Origin: Acanthopagrus schlegelii
Lineage: Eukaryota
Assembly: GCA_041753875.1 (NCBI GenBank)
Contig: CM085492.1
Coordinates: forward strand, 12,255,563-12,319,562
Direction: 5' to 3'
Length of the DNA stretch: 64,000 nucleotides
Shown here: positions 21,676-32,985 of the stretch, in pieces
Layout: each line of letters opens with the position of its first letter
Numbering within the stretch: the stretch's first letter is position 1
Made by a program: the position numbers and the translations under genes
Notes under the pieces: generated by a model
Seen by the model: the letters and a program-made list of their open reading frames with translations, nothing else
The model's database searches: none
What the model was told of the DNA's origin: nothing

Positions 21676-21813
21676 TGCTTCAGCCGCTCCATGCCAGCTT
21701 GCCTGAAGAAAGCAATGGTTGACAAGTTCAAGCAGTTCAGCGAGTATCAGCTGGCCAAATACAACACACGCAAACACCGCTGTAAACACAACCGCAACAG
21801 GCGCAAAGCCAAG
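21676..21813 (+). CDS. tep1: tep1 TROVE exon; CFSRSMPACLKKAMVDKFKQFSEYQLAKYNTRKHRCKHNRNRRKAK
   Basis: Track ORF 21658..21840. Matches human PLPACLRTAMTDKFAQFDEYQLAKYNPRKHRAKRHPRR. Confidence 0.95.
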
Positions 21814-22037
21814 GTACAGACGTGCTCATTTCAAAACTAAGATGAAACCAAATGGTACAAATACACCAGTGTTATTGACAATTATTAAGATTGTTTCTCA
21901 ATTTTATTGTTCCTTGACTGAGAATGGATCGAAACTTTGTGCAGTTTCTATTTTGGTCTTAACTAATTTCTATAAATGAACACTCCACTGTTAATTTCTT
22001 CATTGTTTGCTCTATGCACACTGTCTTTGATTTTCAG

Positions 22038-22109
22038 AAGCCCACTAATGAGAAGCTGAGTACGTGGGCAGGGTTGCTCAGATCACATGAATCTATGCTG
22101 AAGAAGTTT
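22038..22109 (+). CDS. tep1: tep1 exon; KPTNEKLSTWAGLLRSHESMLKKF
   Basis: Acceptor ttttcag| and donor ttt|GTAAGT, 24 codons. Confidence 0.7.
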
Positions 22110-22406
22110 GTAAGTTTATATACTGTACTTTCCTTTGGTGTCACTCAGTGAGTTCTTTGGTCAGTTTTACATTTCGAGTTATATTTTTTAAAAAGTTTTA
22201 GCTCACATACCCCTCTGCTATATATGCAGTTATGGGCCTAGTGTAGACTGGGATAAAAATATTTAGTCTGTGTCCTGGTGATTCAAAGGAAACCTCTTCT
22301 AGGTTCTACTTTATTTTGTACGTATTGGACTTCCTCTCTCGGCGTGTTCTTCATTCTTTGTTTTGCTACACACTCATGTTTAAACACTGTTTTTTTGTGT
22401 GTGCAG

Positions 22407-22528
22407 TTGCAGTTAGAGGAGAAAAAGGTGGTAGATAAAAAGCAGAGTGAGTTCAGTATAAAGAAGATGATCAAGAGGCTTCACATTAAAGAACCGGCTG
22501 AACATGTTATGGCCATCCTGGGAAAAAA
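22407..22528 (+). CDS. tep1: tep1 exon; LQLEEKKVVDKKQSEFSIKKMIKRLHIKEPAEHVMAILGK
   Basis: Track ORF 22278..22532. Matches human KKLVQRLHIHKPAQHVQALLGYR. Confidence 0.9.
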
Positions 22529-22686
22529 GTAAGCCACACAAACACTTTCACGCTTGATAAGTTGGTTGAATGTAGTTGGTGTTTAGTTAGCAGTCTCGGG
22601 CCTGTCGTGTAATCTCAGGTTTTCCTAGACTCTTAATGCTGGACTTGTTCTCCTTCCAGTTTAAAATGTGTTTGTGTTGGCCACAG

Positions 22687-22844
22687 GTATCCTGCTGACT
22701 TGAAGACGTTCACCCGCAGTGGAATGAAGGGCAACTGGGACAGGGAGAGAGCCGGGAAGCGAATGAAGCTCAAAGAGCCTGAGACATGGGAACGGCTGGT
22801 CAGTCTGGAGGGCAACAAGGCCGCCACCTGGGAGAAGCTCATAG
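22687..22844 (+). CDS. tep1: tep1 exon; (K)YPADLKTFTRSGMKGNWDRERAGKRMKLKEPETWERLVSLEGNKAATWEKLI
   Basis: Track ORF 22700..22954. Matches human YPSNLQLFSRSRLPGPWDSSRAGKRMKLSRPETWERELSLRGNKASVWEELI. Confidence 0.95.
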
Positions 22845-23084
22845 GTCTGCTGAGCACATACATACAGGCACTCTTACCTTCCAGCAGGTGTTTGAGCGCA
22901 CTGATTTCACCGTTTACACCAGATCTATTAAAGAATATAACGTATTGCTGGTAAACACAACAAATGTTACAAATACAGCAAACAATAACTATTATAAGCT
23001 ACCATTATGTAATCTGTGGAGATGTTGCCAGACTCCCTTTAAAAAAATGCAAAATTTTGAGACTTGCTGTGGTAAGGGAAAGGT

Positions 23085-23285
23085 TATATTTACAGGGTTT
23101 CTGTCTTAAAAAGTCTAAAATTTGACAGTCTCAATTTTAGGCCTTAAAAAGTCTTAAATACATCCATATTTTACATACAGGTTACATAGACGTTTTCGTA
23201 CTTCGTTTAGGTCTTAAATTTAGTTCAAAGTGGTCTTGAAAATGTCTTAAATTGGACATTCAAACCTGCAGAAACCCTGTATATA
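23085..23285. mobile_element. MITE-like element in a tep1 intron, with 13-bp terminal inverted repeats (tacagggtttctg ... cagaaaccctgta)
   Basis: Perfect inverted repeat ends about 190 bp apart. The internal sequence repeats the motif gtcttaaa(t/a) five or more times. Confidence 0.5.
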
Positions 23286-23641
23286 GACTTAAGGAATTAC
23301 TGTCCACAACACATTCTTAACTATTTGGGCCTATTTGTCTTCAAATGTTATACATGAAGATATTTCTTTCTTTGTGTAAAAAGTATTGTATCCATCTATA
23401 TCAATGATGTAGGTGTTTATTTTATTATTGATCGGTGAAGTTGGATCCGATCACAAGAGCTCACTCAAGTCGCTTCTTGATGTTTTTTATGCCAGGTATG
23501 AATTGATGAGCTTGAAGCTTTCCGCTTGTGATCAGATCACTCAGAGTGGACGCTAAAACCGAATGTGAACAGGTGCTTGGATATTCAAAGATTCACTTAA
23601 GTTGCATTTACATTTCTCTGATTTACGTCTCTATATTTTAG

Positions 23642-23751
23642 ACAATAAGTCTCTTCCATTCATGGCCATGCTGAGGAACCTGAGGAACATGATCATTAAG
23701 GGCATCAGTGAGGCTCATCACAAGAAGGTCCTCAGCAGACTGACCAATAAG
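23642..23751 (+). CDS. tep1: tep1 exon; DNKSLPFMAMLRNLRNMIIKGISEAHHKKVLSRLTNK
   Basis: Matches human ENGKLPFMAMLRNLCNLLRVGISSRHHELILQRLQHAK. The phase continues from the previous exon (g+ac). Confidence 0.9.
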
Positions 23752-23837
23752 GTTAGTCATTTTTTTAAATAATAAAACATTGGTAGGACATGTTATTACA
23801 TGCTTTGTGTAACTTTGTGTTTTTGATGTGCTTACAG

Positions 23838-23916
23838 AATGCTGTTATCCAGAGCCGACAGTTTCCCTTTCGGTTCCTTGCTGCCTACAAAGTCATCATG
23901 GAGCTTCACACTTTGG
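23838..23916 (+). CDS. tep1: tep1 exon; NAVIQSRQFPFRFLAAYKVIMELHTL
   Basis: Matches human SVIHSRQFPFRFLNAHDAIDALEAQL. Confidence 0.9.
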
Positions 23917-24818
23917 GTGAGATACAAACACATCAAGTGGCTCTCATTCTCTTAACTGAAATCTGATTAAAGAACTTTTAGGTAGCTTGTTTTTTAGATG
24001 TGGTATTTTATTCCACTCATTTAGTATATGGAAAAAGGCTGACAGTCCTACCATAAAATTTATTTTGAAATGAAGAACAAAAAATGATCCAGGTTATAAT
24101 TGAGAAGTTATATTCATAAATACTGTTGCTGTAAAGAACGAGGCTGGTGATATTTTGTATTTTTCTTTATTAACAAAGCTCACTGAAAGAGAAGGATGGC
24201 AACTGATTATCAATGGATCTGCCGATTATTTTCTTGATCAATCGATTAATTGTTTGGTCTATAACAGGTCAGAAAATTCTTCGCCACGACACCCTAAAGC
24301 ACAAGGCGACATCTTCAAATGACTTGTTTTGTTTGGCCAACCATCCGAAGTGTAAAAGCAGTAAATTCTCACATTGGAGCACCTGGAACAAATGAATATT
24401 TTTTTGCCAGAAAATTCTTTATGTCTTCATCCACAGTTTTGAATCCCAGTTGCCCCCAATGCTCCCATCAAGTTTTTTTTTTTTTTTAATTAGTGAAACA
24501 TTACATCTCTATTTTTGAAAATTTGCATCAGTAGGAACCGGTAAGCTTGGACCCAAGTCATCCAAGTTATCGAAAGACGGATTAACATCGTTTGTTTCGG
24601 CTCTTAATGGAGATTTTTGACAACCTGAAAAATATATAGTAATGACAGCCTCATCCTGTAATATCAGTAGTGTTTCATATGGTGGATCAACTTTTGATGT
24701 TAAACCAAAATATGTTGATAAAGTAAAGTACCTTAACAAACCTTTCTCAATGAATATGAAGTAGAAAAAAAAAAACTAAAAACAGACAGAACCTCCTCTT
24801 TGCCTCTCTGTCCTCCAG

Positions 24819-25011
24819 CCTCTGCATCACAGAAAGCAATCCCCTCTGTTGCTACAACCCTGGCGGAAATTCTGAAGAAGATTCCCAAGAGCAAGCGCTA
24901 CAGTAGTCTGGAGTGGGATAAAGCTCCAAGGAGTAGAATCAGGGTGGCACTTGGAGTGCCCTTTGTCTATCGACTCTACCGAATGAAGAGGGCCCAGTAC
25001 ATAAAGGCCAA
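24819..25011 (+). CDS. tep1: tep1 exon; ASASQKAIPSVATTLAEILKKIPKSKRYSSLEWDKAPRSRIRVALGVPFVYRLYRMKRAQYIKA
   Basis: Acceptor tcctccag| and donor aa|GTATGA. In-frame with track ORF 24800..25030. Confidence 0.7.
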
Positions 25012-25947
25012 GTATGAAAATTTCCTTTGAGTTTCAGTGGTTTGACAAAAAACAATAATCTACATAATGTAGTTTTAAGTATAAACCCACATTTGTTTTT
25101 TAGGGTCCCTACAAAGTTTTGAAAGTTTGGACAACGCTGAATTTCAGTCTTTGGTTAGAAAAGGCTTGATTTTCAACATTATATGGTCTTTCGTCTACAC
25201 AGTCATTCATATGAAACAAATATCCTTTACATTTTTTAATGAAATGATCTGTCCTCATTTGTTTGGTGTCTCCTTAAAGGATAACCTTTTGTGGCTCTAG
25301 AGGAAGCTGCATGTAATCTGATAAATTGCCTCCAGTGATGTCACTCTGTGACTGAGCTGCATTTTGGGTAATGCAGGCGCCAGGTTTTGAAAAGGAAGAA
25401 GAATACGTGGAATAAAAACACGATATCTCTAGTTCTGTTGTATTGATTTGATGATTTGTTTTTAAACTGTCCATAATGAGTCCTATGGTGTTTTAGGAGT
25501 GCAATGCAGGCCAGTGGACTGCTTTCCAAAAGTTGGTACCTACGTTAACCTCAATGCAGCTTAGCCTATGATATCACCCGAGGCAATTTTTAGAACTCTT
25601 TAGATCTCTTCCTTGGGGGCCACAAAAGGTCTTTTAAAAATGTTTTCATATATGCAGTTGTAGTCCCCACTTCAACGTAAGTTCTCCACCTGAAAAAAAT
25701 CAGGGAAAACAGTGAGCAGCACCTACCTACAGGAACTCAAAGTGAGCTGCCTGATCACAGGGAAGCACAAAAACATGGCATAACAAAACTGCCTCTCAAG
25801 AAAAAAATTAGCTAAAACCACATTGCACAGTTTTTTTGCTCTTTTGGAGATTTGGTTGGTACGATCACATCTGCTTGGATTAAAAAGAAATTGTGCTTAG
25901 TTCTATAATATCTCTCACTCTCTCTCTCTGTCTATGCTTTCATCCAG

Positions 25948-26233
25948 TCAGAAGCTGTACACTGTTGATCTGTTGGACCGTTACCGCAAAGCTTTGGAGA
26001 CGGCGGTCCAGATCTCCTGTCGTTTCAACCTGCCCCCACTCCCTGGACGCACCGTTATCGTGCTCAGTAATAACATGAGCACTTGCGCGAAATCGAAATA
26101 CGACTTCTGTCTACCACCAGACCCTGAGCAAAAGAATGAGGAGGAGGAGGACAACAACAACGAGGATGGGGAATGCAAGAAGCCCCCAAGCAGACGGAGG
26201 AAAGAGACAGTAGATGAAAAGCTTACTCCTTCT
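25948..26233 (+). CDS. tep1: tep1 exon; QKLYTVDLLDRYRKALETAVQISCRFNLPPLPGRTVIVLSNNMSTCAKSKYDFCLPPDPEQKNEEEEDNNNEDGECKKPPSRRRKETVDEKLTPS
   Basis: Track ORF 25934..26266. Matches human EMLNRYRQALETAVNLSVKHSLPLLPGRTVLVYLTDANADRLCPKS. Confidence 0.85.
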
Positions 26234-26337
26234 GTAAGAGCCTGTTTTTTTTTGTTTTTTTTATAATTGCCATTATCACTGAATGTATGGGCTATTTGAC
26301 TTTATGCTGATGTGTCCATATTTTAACATTTTCTCAG

Positions 26338-26499
26338 ATGAGGGAGGTGGGAGCTTTGCTCTCTCTGATGATTGCCAGCAGTGCCGAGGACTGTCAGCTC
26401 TTGTTAATTGATTGGGTTCACTGCGAAGAAATCAAGCTGAAGTCTGATGTTCTTTTGGATAACATCAGGAATGTAGTGAAGCAAATGGCCAAAACCAGG
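26338..26499 (+). CDS. tep1: tep1 exon; MREVGALLSLMIASSAEDCQLLLIDWVHCEEIKLKSDVLLDNIRNVVKQMAKTR
   Basis: Track ORF 26338..26568. Acceptor ttctcag| and donor agg|GTTTGT. Confidence 0.75.
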
Positions 26500-26764
26500 G
26501 TTTGTTGTTTTTTACCGTGGAATCCCTCTTGCATTTCATGTAATGAAGTTCTTCTCATCCTACTTTAATCCCTCATGGAGAGGGATTAAACAGAAGTGAA
26601 GTATATCCAAGAAATGTACTTAAAAAGCGCTTTAAGTGAATAAAAAATTGTGTTGGTAGACTTATAGATTTGCCGTTATGAAGTTTCTGTTAATAGATTT
26701 TTGCCTTTATTGATTCATTAAGTTTTTGTTTTTGTTTTTAACATGTAAGTTTTTTTTCTTCCAG

Positions 26765-26818
26765 TCAGATTATGAAGAAAATGATTTCATCGGCACAGTG
26801 TTCAACAAGTCAAACAAG
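26765..26818 (+). CDS. tep1: tep1 exon; SDYEENDFIGTVFNKSNK
   Basis: Acceptor ttcttccag| and donor aag|GTAGGT, 18 codons, phase 0-0. Confidence 0.6.
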
Positions 26819-27323
26819 GTAGGTAGGAGTTTTATGAATAAAACAGTTGTTTGTAATTGCAACAGGAAGACATAATCTATAACAAGACTGTTTTTAACAT
26901 GTAAGGAGAATGAAGAACAGATATTTGTGTTCAAATGTAGGGAGGAAAAGTGGTATTAAAAACAATTATAACAGATGTGACGCATCCAGTGGAACTGGCT
27001 AACAGCGCACTCACGCACATTTAAAAGATGACTCAGTCTTTAAAGGAGGAAGCTATTTGGAGAAGAAATAGCAGGTGAAGTTTGGAGGTTCACATGCATT
27101 CCTGAGATATCAGGACCATCTCATCATGACACATGCAAATAGACAAACCATAAATTAAAAAAAAAAAAAAAGTTTAATTTATTATACGCTTTGCAGGTTG
27201 CACAAGTTTCAGAATGGAAGCACAGTACTTTTTTAGATGGTCTTGATTTTCTTCTTTAGACGACCGTACAGGATGCCTGCTGGTCACCCTTGACATCAGA
27301 CATTATATGCTTTTGTAACTTAG

Positions 27324-27448
27324 GTGGACAACATCATCGTGGTGACTGACAGATGGAAAGAACGCAGGACTGCAGCGACCATCAACAACTACAGGAAGGA
27401 AATAAATGACAAAGCCCTCATGGTGCAACTCTTCTTGTCAGCAGACGG
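27324..27448 (+). CDS. tep1: tep1 exon; VDNIIVVTDRWKERRTAATINNYRKEINDKALMVQLFLSADG
   Basis: Acceptor acttag| and donor gg|GTAAAG. Confidence 0.65.
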
Positions 27449-27712
27449 GTAAAGCTCCAAACCGCTACTGTAGCTGCTGTTTCTCCTGTTTCTCCTGTAT
27501 CCTATAGACAGTACTGGGAAGCTAAAGCTGCGCTCCAACCAGTCACAGTCAGTGGCGAAATTTGAAATTGATTTTAAAAAGTTTCTATTTCTGTTTTCCA
27601 GCTACATTGTTTCAGCATAGACAGGTACTCAGCTGGTTTCTGGTTCCCTTCCTGTCTCTAACTTATTCTGAATGCATTTATCGTTATATTGACTACTTGC
27701 AGAGAAGAAGAG

Positions 27713-27778
27713 CTCTCGCCTGACAGGAACTGTGTGACACTGACAGGCTTCAGTGAACAAATGCTGAGGTAAAGTGTC
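27713..27778 (+). CDS. tep1: tep1 exon; (G)EEELSPDRNCVTLTGFSEQML
   Basis: Acceptor cttgcag| and donor ag|GTAAAG. Confidence 0.6.
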
Positions 27779-28207
27779 TGCTTTCGCATTTTCATCCAAG
27801 AACAGATTTATATTATTTTACATTACATTTATTTATTTACTTTCTTGCTTATTTGCTTGATGAATGTTAGATGAGATGATAGATCACTGTTGGAGATGGA
27901 GTCAGCAGCTTGTTAGGTTAGAATAGCATTAGCCAACTGGAAACGAACCCCACCTACCTGCATCTCTTAAGCACACCAGTTAACACCTCACAGAGCTGTT
28001 GTCATGTTGGATTTTGTTACCCTTCAACTGCAGCTGTTAGCTGTTGCCCACTGTTGGCAGCCTGTATGCTAAGCTAACTGGATGTTGGCTGTAGGTTCAT
28101 CTTACAGACATTAAAGTGGTATTGACATTCTCATCGAATTCTGTACAAGGGGACAAATAAGTGTATTTTTCCTCAATTTGTAAATAATTCTATGAATACG
28201 TGATCAG

Positions 28208-28351
28208 GTTTGTGGCGGAACGAGGATCATCGAGGCTGCTGGACCATGTAGAGCATTTAGACAAACTGTACAACATCCCACCACCAGACGGAGCTAAAAG
28301 TCCTGAGGCCACAAATAATGTTGTGGAAATACCAGCCAGCCCCAAGTTAAG
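28208..28351 (+). CDS. tep1: tep1 exon; (R)FVAERGSSRLLDHVEHLDKLYNIPPPDGAKSPEATNNVVEIPASPKL
   Basis: Matches human ILKFIAEHGASHLLEHVGQMDKIFKIPPPPGK. Confidence 0.85.
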
Positions 28352-28485
28352 GTAAGTTTCATTTCCTGTCAAAGAAGCAGGTCTGAGCAGTTTTTTTTTT
28401 TTACATTAATGGTCTGCTGTCCAAGATCTTTTTTTCCCTCCCTTTTCCACACAAGTTCAACACCAACTCCTTCCTCTGCCCTCAG

Positions 28486-28777
28486 GTGGCGAGGTGTACG
28501 CGTGTTTATCTCCTCCACCTTCAGAGACATGCATGGCGAGCGCGATATCTTGGTGCGGAGCGTGTTCCCGGAGCTGCGGCGTCGTGCTGCATCACACTGC
28601 CTCTACCTGCAGGAGGTGGAGCTGCGCTGGGGTGTGACAGAGGAAGAGTCAGAACGGGCCACGCAGCTATGCCTGTCGGAGGTGTGTCGCAGCCAGATGA
28701 TGATAGGAATCCTGGGGGAGAGGTACGGCCTGGTACCCTCCAAACCTGTCCTGCCCGACCTGCCGCAGCACAGCTGG
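28486..28777 (+). CDS. tep1: tep1 NACHT-domain exon; (R)[97 protein letters not shown]
   Basis: Track ORF 28409..28840. Near-identical to human [87 protein letters not shown]. Confidence 0.95.
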
Positions 28778-28952
28778 GTGAGACTACTGATGCTTTGTCC
28801 TGTGGATGTTTTATTAAAATTGAGATTAAAATCAAACTAGCCTTAAAACTTAAAAGTGAAAGAGCATTTCTGCCAGTTTTTAAATGTGCATTAGAATTTT
28901 AAATATTCTTTTAAATGTTGACAGAAGCATCATTTGAATTCTTTGTGTGCAG

Positions 28953-29074
28953 CTGGCGTCAGCCCCAGCAGGCCTGTCTATCACAGAGATGGAGATCCGT
29001 CAGTTTGAGGCTCTTTACCCCGACTCAGCTCACCAGCGAATGCTCTGCTACTTCAGAGATCCAAACGTTGTCAA
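28953..29074 (+). CDS. tep1: tep1 exon; LASAPAGLSITEMEIRQFEALYPDSAHQRMLCYFRDPNVV
   Basis: Matches human [38 protein letters not shown]. Confidence 0.85.
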
Positions 29075-29215
29075 GTATGCAAAACATACTCACATTCACG
29101 TATCACTATTGGCTTTCCTTTAACTTTTCTATTAACTTAAGCTTTACCTTTAACTTTGCTGGAATCCAAAATTTAAGTAATCATTTTTATTTCATTTTCT
29201 TCTTGTTGCTCTCAG

Positions 29216-29329
29216 ATCAATTCCTGTTGCTTGGAGATCTGACTTTGTTCCGGAATCAAAGGAGGCTGAGTCTAAAATGGCGTCTCTGAAGAAAAGGTTG
29301 CGGGACAATAAAGTCAAGGTCACTGAGAA
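29216..29329 (+). CDS. tep1: tep1 exon; (K)SIPVAWRSDFVPESKEAESKMASLKKRLRDNKVKVTE
   Basis: Matches human [37 protein letters not shown]. Confidence 0.85.
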
Positions 29330-29466
29330 GTGAGTTGTCTTTGTCATATTCAAACTGCACTGAAGCTGAAAAAGAAAGAGTTAACTTGTAGGACATCACT
29401 CTATTGCATTCTTAAATGAAACCATTGCAACATTTTTTAGTTGAGACCTCCATTTTTCTGTCATAG

Positions 29467-29584
29467 TTACCCATGTGCATGGGGAGGAGTAGTGGATGGG
29501 AAACCGTATCTGAAAAACCTGGAGGACTTTGGTAAAGCAGTGCTGGAGGACCTGTGGACGGCGGTCCTGAAGCAGTTTGTGGAA
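29467..29584 (+). CDS. tep1: tep1 exon; (N)YPCAWGGVVDGKPYLKNLEDFGKAVLEDLWTAVLKQFVE
   Basis: Track ORF 29441..29635. Matches human [38 protein letters not shown]. Confidence 0.95.
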
Positions 29585-29992
29585 GTGAGTTACTCTGACT
29601 GTTCAATCAGTTTAATTATCCAAACACCTCATTAACCAAAATTAGCTCTGTTTTGGAAGACGCATTCAACTCATTTAGTGAAATGTACTTAAAGGACCTT
29701 TTAACTGGTTAAGAAACAGTCTTACTATAGCGCTGATACCTCTATATGACCTGAGAAACAAATGAGATTGTGAGTAAGAGTATGACCTATTTCTACAGTA
29801 TACAGTTATATAAACTATTTTTCATGGTGGAGTGGTGAGGGTGAGTTATGTCATCTCACAGCCTGAGGAAAGAAGCTTCTCTGTAGGGGTACAGCACTAA
29901 AACAACATCATTGTCGCTGTCAAAAATGTCAACAGTGCTAACATACAACATACAGTAGACTGCTAATAAACTCTCTATTCTCCACATGGCAG

Positions 29993-30181
29993 GAGGAGGC
30001 AGAGGCTGAGGCTGTGTCCGGTGTAACAGAGCAGGAGGTGCACCAGGGGGCGCTGCAGAGACAGTTCTTCGGCAGGGCGAAGCTGCTGGCCGGCGCTGTG
30101 GATATAGTGGGGCAGCTCCATTCCAAAGGAGGGATGATGGTGGTGGAGGCGGGACCTGGAGAGGGCAAAACTGTCTTCATG
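29993..30181 (+). CDS. tep1: tep1 NACHT P-loop exon; EEAEAEAVSGVTEQEVHQGALQRQFFGRAKLLAGAVDIVGQLHSKGGMMVVEAGPGEGKTVFM
   Basis: Track ORF 30014..30220. Walker-A GPGEGKT aligns to human GQSGQGKTAFL. Confidence 0.9.
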
Positions 30182-30275
30182 GTAGATTTCTCAAAGGAAT
30201 TCTACTTAATTCTATTCTAACAGAGTGTAAATTCTCTCCATAGAAACTCTTTTTTTTGTATCTCTCTCCTCGCAG

Positions 30276-30463
30276 GCTGCTCTAGCAGACGCTCTCAGGA
30301 CTGGAGAAAAGTCTAAGAAAAACCTTGTTTGTGACGTCTTCTCCTACTCTACAGCTGCTAGCCAATCAGCACGCTCTGTGGAAAACCTGCTTCAGTGCCT
30401 CGTTCAGTGGTTCGGAAAGATGAAAGATGCTGGAAAGGAATCACCTCTTCCCCGTTCTTACAA
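30276..30463 (+). CDS. tep1: tep1 exon; AALADALRTGEKSKKNLVCDVFSYSTAASQSARSVENLLQCLVQWFGKMKDAGKESPLPRSY
   Basis: Acceptor cctcgcag| and donor aa|GTAGGC. Confidence 0.75.
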
Positions 30464-30551
30464 GTAGGCATATTTCAGATTTCCCTTGAGACAACATTGA
30501 CAGGTACATCATATTGTCTATACACTTGACAGCTATTTCCTGTCACCACAG

Positions 30552-30690
30552 AGACTTGCTGTCAGAATTTCACATCAGACTGGGTGAGATGAAGAAAAAA
30601 CCTGTGGTGCTGCTTGTTGATGGGTTGGATCTTGTCCAGGACAGCAGAGGTCAGCTCAGCTCTGATTGGATTCCACAGCAGATTCCATCG
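30552..30690 (+). CDS. tep1: tep1 exon; (K)DLLSEFHIRLGEMKKKPVVLLVDGLDLVQDSRGQLSSDWIPQQIPS
   Basis: Track ORF 30514..30726. Matches human QVLIIDGADRLVDQNGQLISDWIPKKLP. Confidence 0.95.
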
Positions 30691-30827
30691 GTCAGTTTCA
30701 TGGACAAAAAACATTGGTCTTTATAACTGTGCTTGGTTTGGACACAGGAAAAAATAACACTATTGAAATAATACCCACTGAATTCCTTTGAAACAGTAAA
30801 ACTGAGATTCTCTTTTTTTCTTGTCAG

Positions 30828-31007
30828 AATGTTTGTTTAGTCGTGAGCGTCACAGGCAAAGCAGCACAGTCACAAACGCTGATGAAGAAAAAGAGAGGTG
30901 TCCTGATTGAACTGGGACAGCTTACCATGCCAGACCGCAGGGAGATAGTTGAGAAGGGACTGGACACCTTCGGGAAGAAACTCAGTGACTCTGCGTTCAA
31001 CAACCAG
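30828..31007 (+). CDS. tep1: tep1 exon; NVCLVVSVTGKAAQSQTLMKKKRGVLIELGQLTMPDRREIVEKGLDTFGKKLSDSAFNNQ
   Basis: Track ORF 30843..31028. Matches human CVHLVLSVSSDAGLGETLEQSQGAHVLALGPLEASARARLVREELALYGKRLEESPFNNQ. Confidence 0.95.
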
Positions 31008-31187
31008 GTGCTTCTCACATGTTTTTGAGCCGTCGACATCACAGCAATGGCATGTTTTGTGAACTCGGTCATGACATTTTAATTTCATGATTCTGCCATT
31101 GATACTGATAACAAACACTCTTTAAGGAAAAAAAATGAAAAATACAAAGTAAGAAAACATCACATTTTGCTTTGCCTGCTTGTCCAG

Positions 31188-31280
31188 CTCCAGATCCTGA
31201 CAATGAAGAAGGGAGCAGTGAATCCTCTATACCTGCACCTGGCCTGTGAAGACCTGAGGAACTATGCCTCCTTTGATAAG
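31188..31280 (+). CDS. tep1: tep1 exon; LQILTMKKGAVNPLYLHLACEDLRNYASFDK
   Basis: Matches human MRLLLVKRESGRPLYLRLVTDHLRLFTLYEQ. Confidence 0.9.
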
Positions 31281-31627
31281 GTTTAGTATCACTTTTTTTT
31301 TTTTTACATTTTCAACCGATACCTTGACTTGAAATCCATTTGAAAAAAAGATTACATTACACATACATGTGGTGAGCCTCATCACTGGGTGCAACCTAGA
31401 GTTTTTCCTGCATGCCTCAAGACAGCCAATCTATAGCACTATTAGATCTTGGTGCAACAAACATGCTGCATGCTTACTGGCTCACTGATGCAGATGAGAT
31501 TTTGGTATTGAATGACATTTTTCGATACTCAATAGTATCGAGGCAATTCAGTCATAAAAAGTTCGATACCCAGTGGTTGTGCTGCTACCAATAACATTTA
31601 ACTCATAATGTACTCTCTGTGTCTTAG

Positions 31628-31763
31628 TTGAAGGAGAGCCTCGAGGACTTGCCTCAGTCTCTAAGTCAGTTGGTGCAGTACAGCCTGGACAGACTCTGCT
31701 CACAGTACAGAGACTTGTCGGGACTTCGCTGGGCTCTGGCAGCACTCACTGTCAGCACCACCG
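31628..31763 (+). CDS. tep1: tep1 exon; LKESLEDLPQSLSQLVQYSLDRLCSQYRDLSGLRWALAALTVSTT
   Basis: Acceptor gtcttag| and donor g|GTAAGA. Confidence 0.75.
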
Positions 31764-32214
31764 GTAAGACGTCTTTACGCATTTTGGAGCATTATTTTTA
31801 AACTTTATAAAGTGCTAGTTTGGGTTTCCAGGAAGTTCAATACTACAGATGCTAGTGTAGCTTTAATGATTATTAGTTGTCAGCTATTGAATTAATGCTC
31901 AATTTTTTGACAAACCATTTATTGGTTTGAGTAAGTTTTAAGAAAAAAAGAAGAAGTTCTCTGATCCAGCTTCTAAAATGTGTTACTCCTCTATGACATT
32001 AAACAGAATATCTTTGAATTGTGGACAAAACAAGACATTTGAGGGTGTCATCTTTAGCTTGAGAAAAAATTGATTGATTTTTTTCACCATTTTCTGACAT
32101 TTTAGAGCGCAAACAACTAATTGATTAATCAAGAAAATGTGTTATTTGACAATGAAAAATTATCTGGGTAATGTGTTTTTGGTTGCCTAAAAATGTTCTC
32201 CTCTTGATCGACAG

Positions 32215-32374
32215 GCCTGAGGGAGAGCGACTTTTACTCTGTGCTGAACACATGCAGTGACCTCTCGTCACGGGACGAACAGGTCACATGGCAGAAAGTA
32301 TTGCAACTGTCAAGGAAGCCCAAAGGACGTATTCCCATGGCACCTTTCACGCATATGGTGCAGAGTTTAAAAAG
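32215..32374 (+). CDS. tep1: tep1 exon; (G)LRESDFYSVLNTCSDLSSRDEQVTWQKVLQLSRKPKGRIPMAPFTHMVQSLK
   Basis: Matches human GDPYPMGPFACLVQSLRSL. Confidence 0.8.
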
Positions 32375-32665
32375 GTATGAATCCCACACGAGTTGAAAGC
32401 AAAACGGCAAGAAGTAATGACTGTGGCAGCATGTGAAAATTAATCTCCAACTTGCGGATACAATAACAAAATATTTTCACTCAAGTTTATTTTATTTTAT
32501 TTTATTTTTTTTTCAAATACATATTTCTCTTTCCACTAAAATGTAATGCACCAAAATGGTTTAAACAGTTGTGGGCTTTTAGATGTCTTTTATGTTTGAG
32601 GGAATAATCTCAAACCATCCTGAAGGACAAAAAGTTATTGAACCTGTTTGGATCACTATTTGCAG

Positions 32666-32799
32666 TCTGATTGGTTTATCTCAATGCCACGACAATGACA
32701 ACCTGCTGGCTCTAACCAATCGGGAGGTGAGGGGGGCCTTTGAGGAATTTCTCCTCCCAGCCAAAACTGACAGAACCAGAGCTCACCTCGTTCTGGCAG
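32666..32799 (+). CDS. tep1: tep1 exon; (S)LIGLSQCHDNDNLLALTNREVRGAFEEFLLPAKTDRTRAHLVLA
   Basis: Track ORF 32583..32918. The phase links the 32374 donor to the 32897 acceptor. Matches human EDTAHILIAAQLW. Confidence 0.65.
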
Positions 32800-32896
32800 G
32801 TAAAATATGTACAGTGTCTTATAAATCAGTTCAAGTAAGTACAGTTCACGCTATATTTCGGTTAATCTTGTGTCACTGTGCCGTCTGTTTATACAG

Positions 32897-32985
32897 GTCA
32901 TCTGTGGGCACTGGCTGACCAGCAGGGCACAGATACCTTCCTTCATTGTGAGGCCAACTCTGTCAAGCAGCTGCCGTCCAACCTG
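32897..32985 (+). CDS. tep1: tep1 exon; (G)HLWALADQQGTDTFLHCEANSVKQLPSNL
   Basis: Matches human AQLWKTCDADASGTFRSCPPEALGDLPYHL. Confidence 0.75.
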
